From positions 32,001 to 96,000 of IMG/VR virus record IMGVR_UViG_3300037455_000221: DNA of 64,000 nucleotides, one strand, 5' to 3'. The stretch comes from a virus (taxonomy: Duplodnaviria; Caudoviricetes). Below the pieces are notes generated by a model. The model saw only the letters and a list, made by a program, of their open reading frames with translations, was not told the origin of the DNA and searched no databases. Both the position numbers and the translations under genes were made by a program. Positions 37,583-47,691 of the stretch are shown here, in pieces; within the stretch, counting starts at the first letter, position 1; every line of letters begins with the position of its first letter.

Positions 37583-39865
37583 ATGGGTACAGTAACTATT
37601 CGTCCTCGCATACATAGAAAAAGTCCCATTGAAGCTAATGGACTTCAGATAGGCACAAGAGGTGATAGATGGGAAGAAGAATTTATAAAAAATGCTGACT
37701 TTTCTACAATGGATAATCCTACTGACTGGAGTTATCTATTCAGAGATTCTAAAGCATATGACTTTGATCTAAGTGGCTTGGATAGTAGTGCTGTAACTAA
37801 TATGGATTATATGTTTAATGGCACACATGCGAGTACACTTAGGTTGGCTGGACTTACTGTTGGAGCTAATACTTCAGCAAGTTATTTATTAAGCGGATCA
37901 TTTAATGCAGTTGATTTTACTGGAGCTATATTTTATAGCTTACCACAAAATATGCTTAGTGGTGCAACCATAGCTCAAGGGTTACAATTGCGCACACTAG
38001 ACGTATCACATCTTACAAGTCTTGCGGGTATGTTTCGAAGTGCAAATTTGGCATCACTTGATCTTACCGGATTTGATACACATACCATCACGGATATGTC
38101 GAGTATGTTTGATGGCGCAGTTATTCCTATATTAACAGGGTTAAAAACATTAGATTATTCTCATGTGACCAATATGAGAAGTATGTTTAATGGAAGTAAA
38201 ATACCAGTAGTTGATTTATCTGGAATAAATTTTGCAGCATTAGAAACTGCTGGTAGTATGTTTCAAATATATGACAAACAATATGCGAAGATTGTAAATT
38301 TGTCTGGTTGTAAGTTCCCAGCTTTAACAGAAGCCTCGTATATGTTTTATTCATGGACAAGTTCAGATTGGACTTCACGTGATCGTGGGCTCACTATTGA
38401 TTTAACTGATGCAGAATTTACATCGCCAAGTGGTCTTAATGCGTATTATATGTTTGGATATTTATATGAACCTGACGGTTTAGATTTATCATGTTTTTCA
38501 AATGTTAAAATTATTAATATGCAATATATGTTTTACTATACATGGCTTGGCGAGACAGACTTTAGTGTGTTAGATTTTTCCGAGGCTAGTTCGCAAGGTA
38601 TAGCGGGTTGGTCTTCAGCTTATTATGGGCCAGTAAATTATTGCCGCACACCAAGTATTCATATAAAAACAACTGTCCCGTATAATGTGACTCAATTAAG
38701 TCAAGGATTTTCATATTATGCATTTGCCAATGATGTAACTGTTGAATTAACGTGTCGCTCAACTGTAGGCTCAATAGTCTACTTGATTTATTTTCAGAGT
38801 TATGGAAATGGACTCCCTGATATCTCCACTTACATAATGGAAAATAGTGAATTATATGCGTCTTCTTGTACTTATTTTATATATCAATCTTGGAATTATC
38901 CTAAGGTTGATATTACAGTTCGAGACACTACCTTACACATAGGAAATAATGCGACATATAATAATTTTATGTATCTATCTCAAGAAGCCGGAACAATTGA
39001 TTTAAGTGATATGGTGATAGATGGTACGTTTGCTAGTGGTTCTTATTTTATATATAAGGGATATAATGCTGACGCGATTTATCTTCCGTCTACAGGAATA
39101 AAATTCAAAGGACAATTACCATACTTCATATATCAATCAAATAGTAATTGTTATACCCCGATATATAATCTTGACAAGGTAGATGTATCAGAGGTGACGA
39201 CGTTTGCCAGTTATACTCTTTGTGGATTGAGTGGCACATATGATCTTACTAGCTGGGACGTAAGTAAGGTGACAGGCATAGGATATGATTTTATTTATTA
39301 TGTACATGCAGATATGGATTTAAGTGGCTGGGATTTAAGTAGTCTTCAAGGGCTTGGTAGTACACTTATATATTATTCTAAAGGTAATTTTAATTTAAGT
39401 AACTGGAATGTAACTAATATTCAAAGTATAAGCGGTCTGGCTTATGATTTTGAAGGTAACCTTGATCTTAGTAATTGGAGGCTTACTAGTTGTACTTATC
39501 TATATGGTATAAGTGGTTTTAAAGGAGGATCGATAGATTTTAACGGATGGGAGATTCCCGCTAATCAGAATCTTAGTAACTGTCAACTTTTATATGTAGA
39601 TAATGGAGCTGAACAATCCTATGTATATGTCCCAAATACGGTATATCAACCTACATCTTATACTGGTGGGATGTTTACATCATCAGCTCCTACACAATAT
39701 TACACAGATCCTCCCATTATAGATCTATACACTAATGCCACAAGCATTGAAGATCAGGGATGGGTATTCTCACATATATATTCTGCAGCAGAGCCTTATG
39801 GCTATAGAATACATTTAGGAACTACACATGAAGATTTCTTAGAAGCCATAGGAGGTGATGATTAA
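37583..39865 (+). CDS. BspA/DUF285-type leucine-rich repeat protein, 760 aa
   Basis: Repeats such as DLSGLDSSAVTNMDYMF and LDLTGFDTHTITDMSSMF; no signal peptide seen. Confidence 0.85.
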   Translation: MGTVTIRPRIHRKSPIEANGLQIGTRGDRWEEEFIKNADFSTMDNPTDWSYLFRDSKAYDFDLSGLDSSAVTNMDYMFNGTHASTLRLAGLTVGANTSASYLLSGSFNAVDFTGAIFYSLPQNMLSGATIAQGLQLRTLDVSHLTSLAGMFRSANLASLDLTGFDTHTITDMSSMFDGAVIPILTGLKTLDYSHVTNMRSMFNGSKIPVVDLSGINFAALETAGSMFQIYDKQYAKIVNLSGCKFPALTEASYMFYSWTSSDWTSRDRGLTIDLTDAEFTSPSGLNAYYMFGYLYEPDGLDLSCFSNVKIINMQYMFYYTWLGETDFSVLDFSEASSQGIAGWSSAYYGPVNYCRTPSIHIKTTVPYNVTQLSQGFSYYAFANDVTVELTCRSTVGSIVYLIYFQSYGNGLPDISTYIMENSELYASSCTYFIYQSWNYPKVDITVRDTTLHIGNNATYNNFMYLSQEAGTIDLSDMVIDGTFASGSYFIYKGYNADAIYLPSTGIKFKGQLPYFIYQSNSNCYTPIYNLDKVDVSEVTTFASYTLCGLSGTYDLTSWDVSKVTGIGYDFIYYVHADMDLSGWDLSSLQGLGSTLIYYSKGNFNLSNWNVTNIQSISGLAYDFEGNLDLSNWRLTSCTYLYGISGFKGGSIDFNGWEIPANQNLSNCQLLYVDNGAEQSYVYVPNTVYQPTSYTGGMFTSSAPTQYYTDPPIIDLYTNATSIEDQGWVFSHIYSAAEPYGYRIHLGTTHEDFLEAIGGDD

Positions 39866-42800
39866 ATGGGATATGTTTATTTTGCTCCACGTGATGGGAG
39901 TAATAAAATATCATTAAATGGATACAACCACTTAACGTGGCGATATAAAATGGTACCACTTATACGAACAGATAATTGTACGGATATGAGTAATATGTTC
40001 TCGGGCGCGAATTATTCGTTGCCCGAGACTCTTGATTTAAGGGCATTTAATACTTCGCATGTAACTACAATGCACTCTATGTTTGATAATTGTAAATCAG
40101 AAACAATACTTGGTCTTGATAATTTCAATACTGCTAATGTTACAGATATGGCCTTTATGTTTAATGCTAGTAAAGCGACGGAATTAGATTTATCTAACTT
40201 CAATACTTCTCGTGTTACAGATATGGAAAATATGTTTTGTAATTGTGATGTTGAAGATCTAGATATAAGTAATTTTGATACTTCTTCAGTTACTAATATG
40301 TCTTGTATGTTTGAGAACGTGACAGCTCCAATAGATACAAGTACTTTTGATACTTCAGAAGTTACTACTATGCATAACATGTTTAAAGGAACATCGGGTA
40401 CTACTTTAGATTTATCAAATTTTGACACATCTTCTGTGACAAACATGAGTGGAATGTTCCAAAATTCATCATACAATGCAATAGACGTATCTTCTTTTGA
40501 CACGTCTTCTGTAACCAATATGTCGAGTATGTTTAGCGGTTCAACTGAATCGAATCTTGACATATCTAATTTTGATTTTTCTGATGTTACAGATATAAGT
40601 TATATGCTTGGTAGTAAAACTCTTAATTCATTAACATTACCTAATAATTTTAACACTTCTAATATTGTAAATATTACAGGACTATTCCGTGGATTAAATA
40701 TACCGAACTTAGACTTAAGAGGGATAGAGTTTGAATCTGCAGAAACGCAACAAAATCTATTTGCCGGACTAACCACAAATACATTAGATATATCAGATTG
40801 GGATTTAGGAGAACATGCAGCAGCTACTGCTCCTTCCTGGTATCCTTATTCATCTCAATCCTTTTACGAAGGTATATTTAGCGGAGCTCAAATACAAGAT
40901 TTAAGATTATCTAATAATAATAATTTTCCGGAGGGATATAAAATTGCTTATATGTTTAATAATTTTATAACTGATGGAATTTTGGATCTTTCTAGTTTTC
41001 ATTTTAACAAAGCAGTAAATCAACAATCTAGTGAAATGTTTCACCATGCAAATATTAATACCTTAATCATGGGGAATATTACTAGAAATGAATTTGCAAA
41101 TGATCTTAGACAAATGTATAACGGCAATTATAGTTCATTTTTCAATCAAACGGTAATTGGGCTATTAGATATGAGCTCTTCTTTGATTGAAATAGGAAAT
41201 GGAAATTGTTTCTTTGATGGATTAATTGCTACGCGCATTAATATGCCTAATCAAATATGTGTTGATTTAGGATCTTCATCAAGTATAAATATTTATCCAT
41301 CAAATGGAAAAGCAAAATATGTCGATTATTCTTCTGTTGATACTAGAAATGCAGATTATACTGATAATCAGTGGATGTATATGTCGAGGTACGTAACGCA
41401 GAATAATAAAATAGTTTGGATACCTTCAACATTTGTACTTGATGGAAATCGTACTATGTATTCAACTTTAAGAGGCGATGTGTATACTGACGCTCCAGAC
41501 TATACTACACTTGGATGGAACGCAGAACCAGCAAATGTAATTATGCATTATAGTGCAACACATGCTGATTTTGAAACAGCCATACTTAATGATAATGTAA
41601 ATGAATGGATATCTCCTCAAGGATATCCAATATTCTTCTGTCATCCCAGTGTTCCTTTGGGATCAGCTATGACTATAAATCAGTTTGAAGCCGAGTACGA
41701 TACTGTATACTGGGACGGAGTGCTAATCGATCCTAATAATTTTACATTTAACGATGTGGGTTCACATGTTCTCAGAATAGTTTATCAAGATTATCCTTAT
41801 GAACAAACAATTACCGTAGTAGATCATGGTAATAGTTATACAGTAGTTGGAAATCCATACGATTATACATGGAGTACTACCAATTATACGTATGTTGCTA
41901 GCGCGAGTACATGTGTAGAATGTAGATTGTATCCTGATAAATATTTATTTGTTTATCCAAAAGCTAAAGTAGAACAGCTTATAAACAAATACACAGCAAT
42001 TACTAGTGCACCAAACACTACTATTACAAAAGTATCTGGAATTCCATTCCAAATGAGGCAATTTAATTTACAGAACTGTAGGCAATTAACTGATATATCT
42101 GAATTAATTGTGTGCACTTCTGGATATTCTGGAAGTGGTGCTTATACTCATCTTCGAGGTTTTAATCCAGGCTCCATGTTCTATAACTGTACATCGTTAG
42201 TCGATGTATCTTCTGTTGGTAAATGGCTTATTTCTACTTCGTATGAATATTATTATCGAAGTAGCGGTTATACATATACTACGTATGGTTATTACGGTTG
42301 GAGTAGTACATTTTCCAATACCCATATTACTACTGCCCCCAGTATTAGTTTAACACCTGGCAGTAATAGTACATTCTATGGTTGTACATATTTAACTGAT
42401 ATTTCAAAGTTAAAAGTTTTTGGCACTGAAAGTTCTAGTAATGGTAATTATTTTAGTGGAGTATTTAGTGGGTGTAGTAATTTAAGTAATGTATCTCGTC
42501 TAAGCCAATGCTTAAGTTCTTATACCGTGGACAGAGGCAGCATTCGTTATAGTATAAATTTAAGTAGTTTTTTGGCGGGGACACCAATTACCAACACTGA
42601 CTTCATTCCAGATAATTTATGTGTAAATAACATTGATAGTATGTTCTATAATTGTACCTCTTTAAGAGATATAAGTGGAATGGGAAGAATATATCGTACT
42701 TTTAGAACTTTTTATAGTCCATTCTATAATGTTCCAGCTACAGATTATAGTGCGTTAGATGCATGGAAAAATACTACTGGTAATCTTTTTAGCAGTATAG

Positions 42801-43957
42801 GATTCGAAGGTAGTAAAATGTCTAACCTATCATTTTTGTCAAATTGGGATCTATCTTATTGCACTAATTTCAGCTTTAATAATTGCTCTAATCTTACATC
42901 CATAAGTGCTTTAAATGGTAAAATCGATACAACAAAAGACATAACTGTAAATCTATCTTATTGCTCGGCGTTAACGTCACTGGTAGGATTAAGTGGGATT
43001 ACATTCTCAACCAGTAGTTATTTCCAAAATTGTTCGGGACTTACATCTCTTAATGGACTTCAAGGTTGTACTATTAAAAGTTGCTATGGTCTATTCACAG
43101 GATGTTCATCTTTATCCGATATTACGGCTTTGTCACAAGTTACATTTTCAGGCATAACAGATATATACGGTATGTTTAGTGGATGCTCCTCACTTACATC
43201 TCTTGATGGGCTAGAGGGATTAGATATATCCAATTGCACCAATCTTAATAATGTATTTTCTAACTGTTCGTCTCTTACAGATATTGACGCTATAGAAGGG
43301 TGGAATCCATATCAAGTTAAACAAGTTTCTAGTTTATTTTATAATTGTAGCAGTATTACTTCATTTGCAGCATTACACAATTGGACGACTAGTCAGCTTA
43401 CTTCTATGACTTCTACATTCTATAATTGTTCATCGCTTTTAAATCTTGACGGATTAGTTGGGTTTAACCCTGGACAATGTACATCGTTGACAAGTGTGTT
43501 TAATGGGTGTTCTGCACTTACTGATATATCAGATATAGCATATTGGTATGTAGGTAGATGTCAAAATATGTCCTCTATGTTTAACGGATGTACATCACTT
43601 ACGTCTATTGCTCCTTTAGCAAATTGGAACGTTTCAGCCCTTCAAAATGCTCAATATATGTTCCAGGGGTGTACGTCACTTGCATCTACTGCTGGATTGA
43701 ACAATTGGAGTGTAGCAACTCTTGCATATACACAATATATGTTCAAAGGATGTACATCACTTACATCTATTACTGCTCTTGCAGATTGGAATGTTGTAAC
43801 CCTTTCAAATATGTCTTACATGTTTGATGGTGATATAGCTATTACAGATGCAGATAGTATTGATGTATGGAAGAATAAGAGAACAATGACAAGGGTTACA
43901 AGAACTTATGCGTTCCGCAATGTTCCTCGTCCTTGGCCTACATGGGCGCAGTCATAA
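39866..43957 (+). CDS. BspA/DUF285-type leucine-rich repeat protein, 1363 aa
   Basis: LDLSNFDTSSVTNMSxMF repeats in the N-half; FxxCxSLTxIxxLxxW repeats in the C-half. Confidence 0.9.
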   Translation: MGYVYFAPRDGSNKISLNGYNHLTWRYKMVPLIRTDNCTDMSNMFSGANYSLPETLDLRAFNTSHVTTMHSMFDNCKSETILGLDNFNTANVTDMAFMFNASKATELDLSNFNTSRVTDMENMFCNCDVEDLDISNFDTSSVTNMSCMFENVTAPIDTSTFDTSEVTTMHNMFKGTSGTTLDLSNFDTSSVTNMSGMFQNSSYNAIDVSSFDTSSVTNMSSMFSGSTESNLDISNFDFSDVTDISYMLGSKTLNSLTLPNNFNTSNIVNITGLFRGLNIPNLDLRGIEFESAETQQNLFAGLTTNTLDISDWDLGEHAAATAPSWYPYSSQSFYEGIFSGAQIQDLRLSNNNNFPEGYKIAYMFNNFITDGILDLSSFHFNKAVNQQSSEMFHHANINTLIMGNITRNEFANDLRQMYNGNYSSFFNQTVIGLLDMSSSLIEIGNGNCFFDGLIATRINMPNQICVDLGSSSSINIYPSNGKAKYVDYSSVDTRNADYTDNQWMYMSRYVTQNNKIVWIPSTFVLDGNRTMYSTLRGDVYTDAPDYTTLGWNAEPANVIMHYSATHADFETAILNDNVNEWISPQGYPIFFCHPSVPLGSAMTINQFEAEYDTVYWDGVLIDPNNFTFNDVGSHVLRIVYQDYPYEQTITVVDHGNSYTVVGNPYDYTWSTTNYTYVASASTCVECRLYPDKYLFVYPKAKVEQLINKYTAITSAPNTTITKVSGIPFQMRQFNLQNCRQLTDISELIVCTSGYSGSGAYTHLRGFNPGSMFYNCTSLVDVSSVGKWLISTSYEYYYRSSGYTYTTYGYYGWSSTFSNTHITTAPSISLTPGSNSTFYGCTYLTDISKLKVFGTESSSNGNYFSGVFSGCSNLSNVSRLSQCLSSYTVDRGSIRYSINLSSFLAGTPITNTDFIPDNLCVNNIDSMFYNCTSLRDISGMGRIYRTFRTFYSPFYNVPATDYSALDAWKNTTGNLFSSIGFEGSKMSNLSFLSNWDLSYCTNFSFNNCSNLTSISALNGKIDTTKDITVNLSYCSALTSLVGLSGITFSTSSYFQNCSGLTSLNGLQGCTIKSCYGLFTGCSSLSDITALSQVTFSGITDIYGMFSGCSSLTSLDGLEGLDISNCTNLNNVFSNCSSLTDIDAIEGWNPYQVKQVSSLFYNCSSITSFAALHNWTTSQLTSMTSTFYNCSSLLNLDGLVGFNPGQCTSLTSVFNGCSALTDISDIAYWYVGRCQNMSSMFNGCTSLTSIAPLANWNVSALQNAQYMFQGCTSLASTAGLNNWSVATLAYTQYMFKGCTSLTSITALADWNVVTLSNMSYMFDGDIAITDADSIDVWKNKRTMTRVTRTYAFRNVPRPWPTWAQS

Positions 43958-43967
43958 GGAGGTAACT

Positions 43968-44297
43968 ATGGATAAGAATAAGTTTGTACAATTTACCAAA
44001 CGCTTTGTTACCGGACTAACTATTTGTGCTGTAATATGGATATCGTGGAGTTATGTACTTGCTACGATCCAGTTCTTTACAATAGGAACTACAGATACAC
44101 TTGAGTCTTTATCAACCAATGTGTGTACTGTAATACTTGGTACAATGATTGGATATATGATAAAGAGTCTTGTAGAAACATATTGTGAACGTAAGAGTAA
44201 TCTTGCCGAGCAAAAGTATGATGATATGATGGATATGATCAGAAATACAGATATGTCTCCTGATGAAATAGTGGGGATGTATGAAAAAGTAAAATAA
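43968..44297 (+). CDS. Two-TM membrane protein (holin-like)
   Basis: Two hydrophobic segments; lysis position. Confidence 0.55.
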   Translation: MDKNKFVQFTKRFVTGLTICAVIWISWSYVLATIQFFTIGTTDTLESLSTNVCTVILGTMIGYMIKSLVETYCERKSNLAEQKYDDMMDMIRNTDMSPDEIVGMYEKVK

Positions 44298-44364
44298 AGA
44301 TATGGAGGGTGTTGCCATCCTCCTATTTTTATACATGAAATATTTCAGAAAGGAGGTAGTCTCA

Positions 44365-44664
44365 ATGGAACCAGCGGTAAGTATTATCACAGCGGTTATT
44401 GCTGCGGGATCTGCAATTGTTGTTAGCATCATAAATAACATTGCGCAGATGAACAAGATTAGAGATGAACAAAGGGAAACGTTTAATAAATTTAGTGCTG
44501 AGACTGGCAAAGCTATGGCGCTCACAGATGAGCGCATAAAGACTTTGACTGAGGAAGTTAAGAAGCACAATTCAGTTATTGAACGAGTATATAAATGTGA
44601 AACAAGGGAAACTATTCTTGAAAAGGACATAGAGGAACTTAAAAGAGATATGAAAGCAGATTGA
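44365..44664 (+). CDS. Holin-like protein (one TM plus coiled coil)
   Basis: N-terminal TM; LTEEVKKHNSVIERVY motif typical of lysis-region genes. Confidence 0.65.
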   Translation: MEPAVSIITAVIAAGSAIVVSIINNIAQMNKIRDEQRETFNKFSAETGKAMALTDERIKTLTEEVKKHNSVIERVYKCETRETILEKDIEELKRDMKAD

Positions 44665-44682
44665 AAAGAAAGGATGATTGAT

Positions 44683-45000
44683 ATGAAAAATATATTTGAT
44701 TGGATCAAGGCACACACTGCAGATATTCTTATTATTCTTGGTGCTATTAGTGCTATACTTGTTAATCTTCAGGAGTCCGGAGTAAATGCTACTTGGATGT
44801 CAATTACTATTGCGGTCATAGCACTCGCTATTGAGGTCATGAAGCACGGTGTAAGTGAAAAGGCGATTAAACTAGTGACCGAAGCAGTATTGATCATTCT
44901 TGAGGCAATTAAGGCCAATGAGAGCGTTGCATCCGACGCTGATGTAGTTGGTGTGCTGAAGGTTGATGTAGAATCTAGACTTAGAGAGGCAGTTAAATGA
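44683..45000 (+). CDS. Putative holin
   Basis: Two TM segments; overlaps the peptidase start (ATGA). Confidence 0.55.
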   Translation: MKNIFDWIKAHTADILIILGAISAILVNLQESGVNATWMSITIAVIALAIEVMKHGVSEKAIKLVTEAVLIILEAIKANESVASDADVVGVLKVDVESRLREAVK

Positions 45001-45902
45001 CAGATTTTAGGGAGAAATACGGGCGTACTAATCGTGCGCTCGTAGACCCTTATGATCATCGTGATTGGAAGTTTAAGGATACTGTGTTTGCGGTATCACC
45101 TAATGGTATACCGGCAAATTATCAAACTAAAGATTCCGATTTCACATATGATCAGGGGAATAGTATGATGTGTGCAGCATGTGCTTATAACTTTATTCGC
45201 TATCTGCAAGAGCGTGAGAAGGGTCAGAGCGAACTTACCGCACCACTCAGCCCGGCATTTACTTATTGTAATCGCCCTGATGAAGAAGCTATGGAGGGTA
45301 TGTATCTTAAGACTCCTATGCGTAATGGTAAGAACGGATCCATACTCTTCCACGACTTCCCGGATTTTGGAAAGCTGACTGAACTTAGACCAAAGTTTAA
45401 TGCACATAAGGCAGAGTGGATGAAGAAGGCTAAGCCGTTTGCCATCAATGGTTATTATCAATGCACTACGCGTAAAGAAGTGCAGCAAGCTATCATGAAT
45501 ACCGGCGCTGTGCTTATTGGTATTCAGGTGTTCCCATGTTTCTATAGACCAGATAAGGATGGATATATTAATTACAATCCTAATCTTGATTATAATAGTG
45601 ATGGTGGACATGCTCTCGCTGTGTACGGTTGGAAGACGGATAAGAACGGAAAGTTGTGGTGGTTGATAAAGAACTCATGGGGCGGAGATTATGGTGTTAA
45701 TGGCTCATGCTGGCTCCCGGAAGAGTATCCCTGGATGCAAGATGCTTATGTTGCCGTGGACAACACAATGGAAATGAAGTTCACAAAATATATGGAAAAA
45801 TTCTATGGGGATGGTAAGGAGGTTGATCCACCTTTTTTAACCTCAGTGAAGAAAATGAAAGCAAAGATTAAGTTGTTCCTTAAAGGAGCGATTGTGAAGT
45901 GA
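44997..45902 (+). CDS. Papain-like C1 cysteine peptidase
   Basis: DQGNSMMCAA (Gln, Cys), GGHAL (His), IKNSWG (Asn). Confidence 0.9.
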   Translation: MTDFREKYGRTNRALVDPYDHRDWKFKDTVFAVSPNGIPANYQTKDSDFTYDQGNSMMCAACAYNFIRYLQEREKGQSELTAPLSPAFTYCNRPDEEAMEGMYLKTPMRNGKNGSILFHDFPDFGKLTELRPKFNAHKAEWMKKAKPFAINGYYQCTTRKEVQQAIMNTGAVLIGIQVFPCFYRPDKDGYINYNPNLDYNSDGGHALAVYGWKTDKNGKLWWLIKNSWGGDYGVNGSCWLPEEYPWMQDAYVAVDNTMEMKFTKYMEKFYGDGKEVDPPFLTSVKKMKAKIKLFLKGAIVK

Positions 45903-45913
45903 TTATAAGGCTA

Positions 45914-45952
45914 TGCCGTATCTGAAAGTATTTTGTCAGGTACGGCATTTTT
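45914..45952 (+). terminator. Terminator of the late operon
   Basis: TGCCGTATCTGA..TCAGGTACGGCA-TTTTT. Confidence 0.75.
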
Positions 45953-45993
45953 TGCCTATGCGTATGATAGACTAGAGAAAAAGGAGGCGAACT

Positions 45994-47328
45994 ATGAAAG
46001 GTGTAATCAAAAGAGGTAATTCATATAGGATCACAGTTTCAAAAGGATATGATGATAAGGGAAAGCAGATCCGTCTGACTACTACTTATACTCCACCCAA
46101 GGGAGCCAGTGAGGCTCAGATTGCGTATGAGATTGAACAGATAAAGAAAGAATTGACTGAGGATAAACTTACTCGTGAGCGCATGACGTTTCAGTCGCTG
46201 TATGATTTGTGGAAGAAAACAGTTGCCAAAGAGGATTTAGAGAGGAGCACATATACGGATACTGTGTCTCGTCTTGAGAACGTCATCCTTCCTGAATTAG
46301 GTTGTTACAAACTTATTAATATAACCCCGATGGTAATTCATGATTATCTTAAGGGTCTGCGTACTATGCAACGAGCCGATGGTAATGTAGGATATGCTGA
46401 ATCTACTATAACAAGAATGAAGAGCATGATCTCTACTGTATTTGAATTTGGTGTACAGTACGGATATATTCAGGCAAATCCTTGTCGTTCTGTAAGAATG
46501 AAACACAAGATGAACGAGGGAGTGGTTAATAAGGAAGGCGTATTTACTCCACAGCAGACCAAGAAGTTTCTTGAGATACTGGATAAGCCAATTCCGGTTT
46601 TACTTGACGAGCGTAAAGTAATCAGGAATGGAAAGACAGTAACGCTTAAAGCATGTGATATGAACAAGCCATTTAAGGTAGCACTTAAGTATAAGTTATT
46701 CTTCTATATCGCTGTCTTTGCCGGCATGCGTCGTGGCGAGATTATTGCCCTCACATGGGAGGATCTCAACTTTGACGAAGGAATTATCAATGTAAATAAA
46801 TCTACCGCTCGTGATGGCAGTAAACAGTATATAAAGATGCCCAAGAGTGCCAATGGTATACGCCAAGTGTGCGTACCTTTATTCGTCATGGATATAGCTA
46901 AGAAAGTAATGGAAGAACAACAAGAGTATATCGAAAAGGTTGGATCATACTGGAAAGGCAAGAAGGGCTCTGAGAGCTTCATATTCGTCCAGGAAGACGG
47001 ATTACAGATGCGTGTGGAAACTCCTTACACTGAATTTAAAAGAATCATCCACGCCTATAATAAGACGGTTACAGACCCTAATGATATCCTTCCGAACATT
47101 CCGCTGCATGGATTAAGACATACTTCCGCATCATTGGCTAAGATGGGAGGAGCTGATACTTATGCTCTATCTAAACGTTTGGGGCATGCAGATATATCTA
47201 CCACTCTCAATATATATGTCGATATGTTTCGTGAAGCTGACCGTCAGGGATCAGATGCCATTGTACGCGCTTTAGGTATAAACACCAAAACAAACACCAA
47301 TAAAGAAAAACTGGAGCCCCTCGATTGA
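45994..47328 (+). CDS. int: Tyrosine integrase
   Basis: N-terminal arm-binding domain; GMRRGEIIAL, PKS, HGLRHT, LGHADISTTLNIY. Confidence 0.95.
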   Translation: MKGVIKRGNSYRITVSKGYDDKGKQIRLTTTYTPPKGASEAQIAYEIEQIKKELTEDKLTRERMTFQSLYDLWKKTVAKEDLERSTYTDTVSRLENVILPELGCYKLINITPMVIHDYLKGLRTMQRADGNVGYAESTITRMKSMISTVFEFGVQYGYIQANPCRSVRMKHKMNEGVVNKEGVFTPQQTKKFLEILDKPIPVLLDERKVIRNGKTVTLKACDMNKPFKVALKYKLFFYIAVFAGMRRGEIIALTWEDLNFDEGIINVNKSTARDGSKQYIKMPKSANGIRQVCVPLFVMDIAKKVMEEQQEYIEKVGSYWKGKKGSESFIFVQEDGLQMRVETPYTEFKRIIHAYNKTVTDPNDILPNIPLHGLRHTSASLAKMGGADTYALSKRLGHADISTTLNIYVDMFREADRQGSDAIVRALGINTKTNTNKEKLEPLD

Positions 47329-47506
47329 GGAACCCCAGTATTTATGCGTCGGAGTGACTAGATTCGAACTAGCGGCCTCCGCCTCCCTAAAGTATTTTTA
47401 TGCATTTAATATTTTTCCAAATCTAGTATTTATGCGGGTTTTCTGTTTATAACTGTTCATAACTTTTATAGAAATAAACACCAATAAACACCAAAATAAA
47501 CACCAG
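47279..47506. repeat. attP arm-type direct repeats (T/C)AAACACCA(A/G) x5
   Basis: 47279, 47291 | 47475, 47485, 47497, flanking the tRNA-derived core. Confidence 0.8.
47348..47390 (-). other. attP core: 3' half of tRNA-Pro (anticodon AGG)
   Basis: Minus strand TT-AGG-GA GGCGG AGGCC GCTAG TTCGAAT CTAGT CACTCCG A; the 5' half is absent. Confidence 0.85.
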
Positions 47507-47509
47507 GTT

Positions 47510-47689
47510 TTACTCGCCACGAAGATATCTATCAAAAGAATCCTTATTAATGAGAAGTTTCTTTCCTGTCTCGCCAATAGGAACGGTATATACCGCTCCT
47601 GACTTGGCTATCTTCCTGACGGCTGAAACAGAGAGGTGATAATGTTCTGCTGCTTGTTGTATTGTCAACATGATCGGCGCATCTTCCAT
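47510..47689 (-). CDS. xis: Excisionase (HTH), 59 aa
   Basis: MLTIQQAAEHYHLSVSAVRKIAKSG..IG..KLLINKDSFDRYL; adjacent to attP; not in the ORF track. Confidence 0.8.
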   Translation of the reverse strand: MEDAPIMLTIQQAAEHYHLSVSAVRKIAKSGAVYTVPIGETGKKLLINKDSFDRYLRGE

Positions 47690-47691
47690 AG

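Noticed and set aside
40000-40600. Second DGR VR or CRISPR-like repeats in the LRR genes
   Set aside because: Coding repeats with synonymous variation; no match to TR seen by eye
47348-47390. Functional tRNA gene
   Set aside because: Only the anticodon loop to 3' end is present; no D arm or 5' acceptor strand, so it is an att core
47279-47506. CRISPR array or iterons
   Set aside because: Repeats are 9-10 nt with no spacers, and their context fits integrase arm sites
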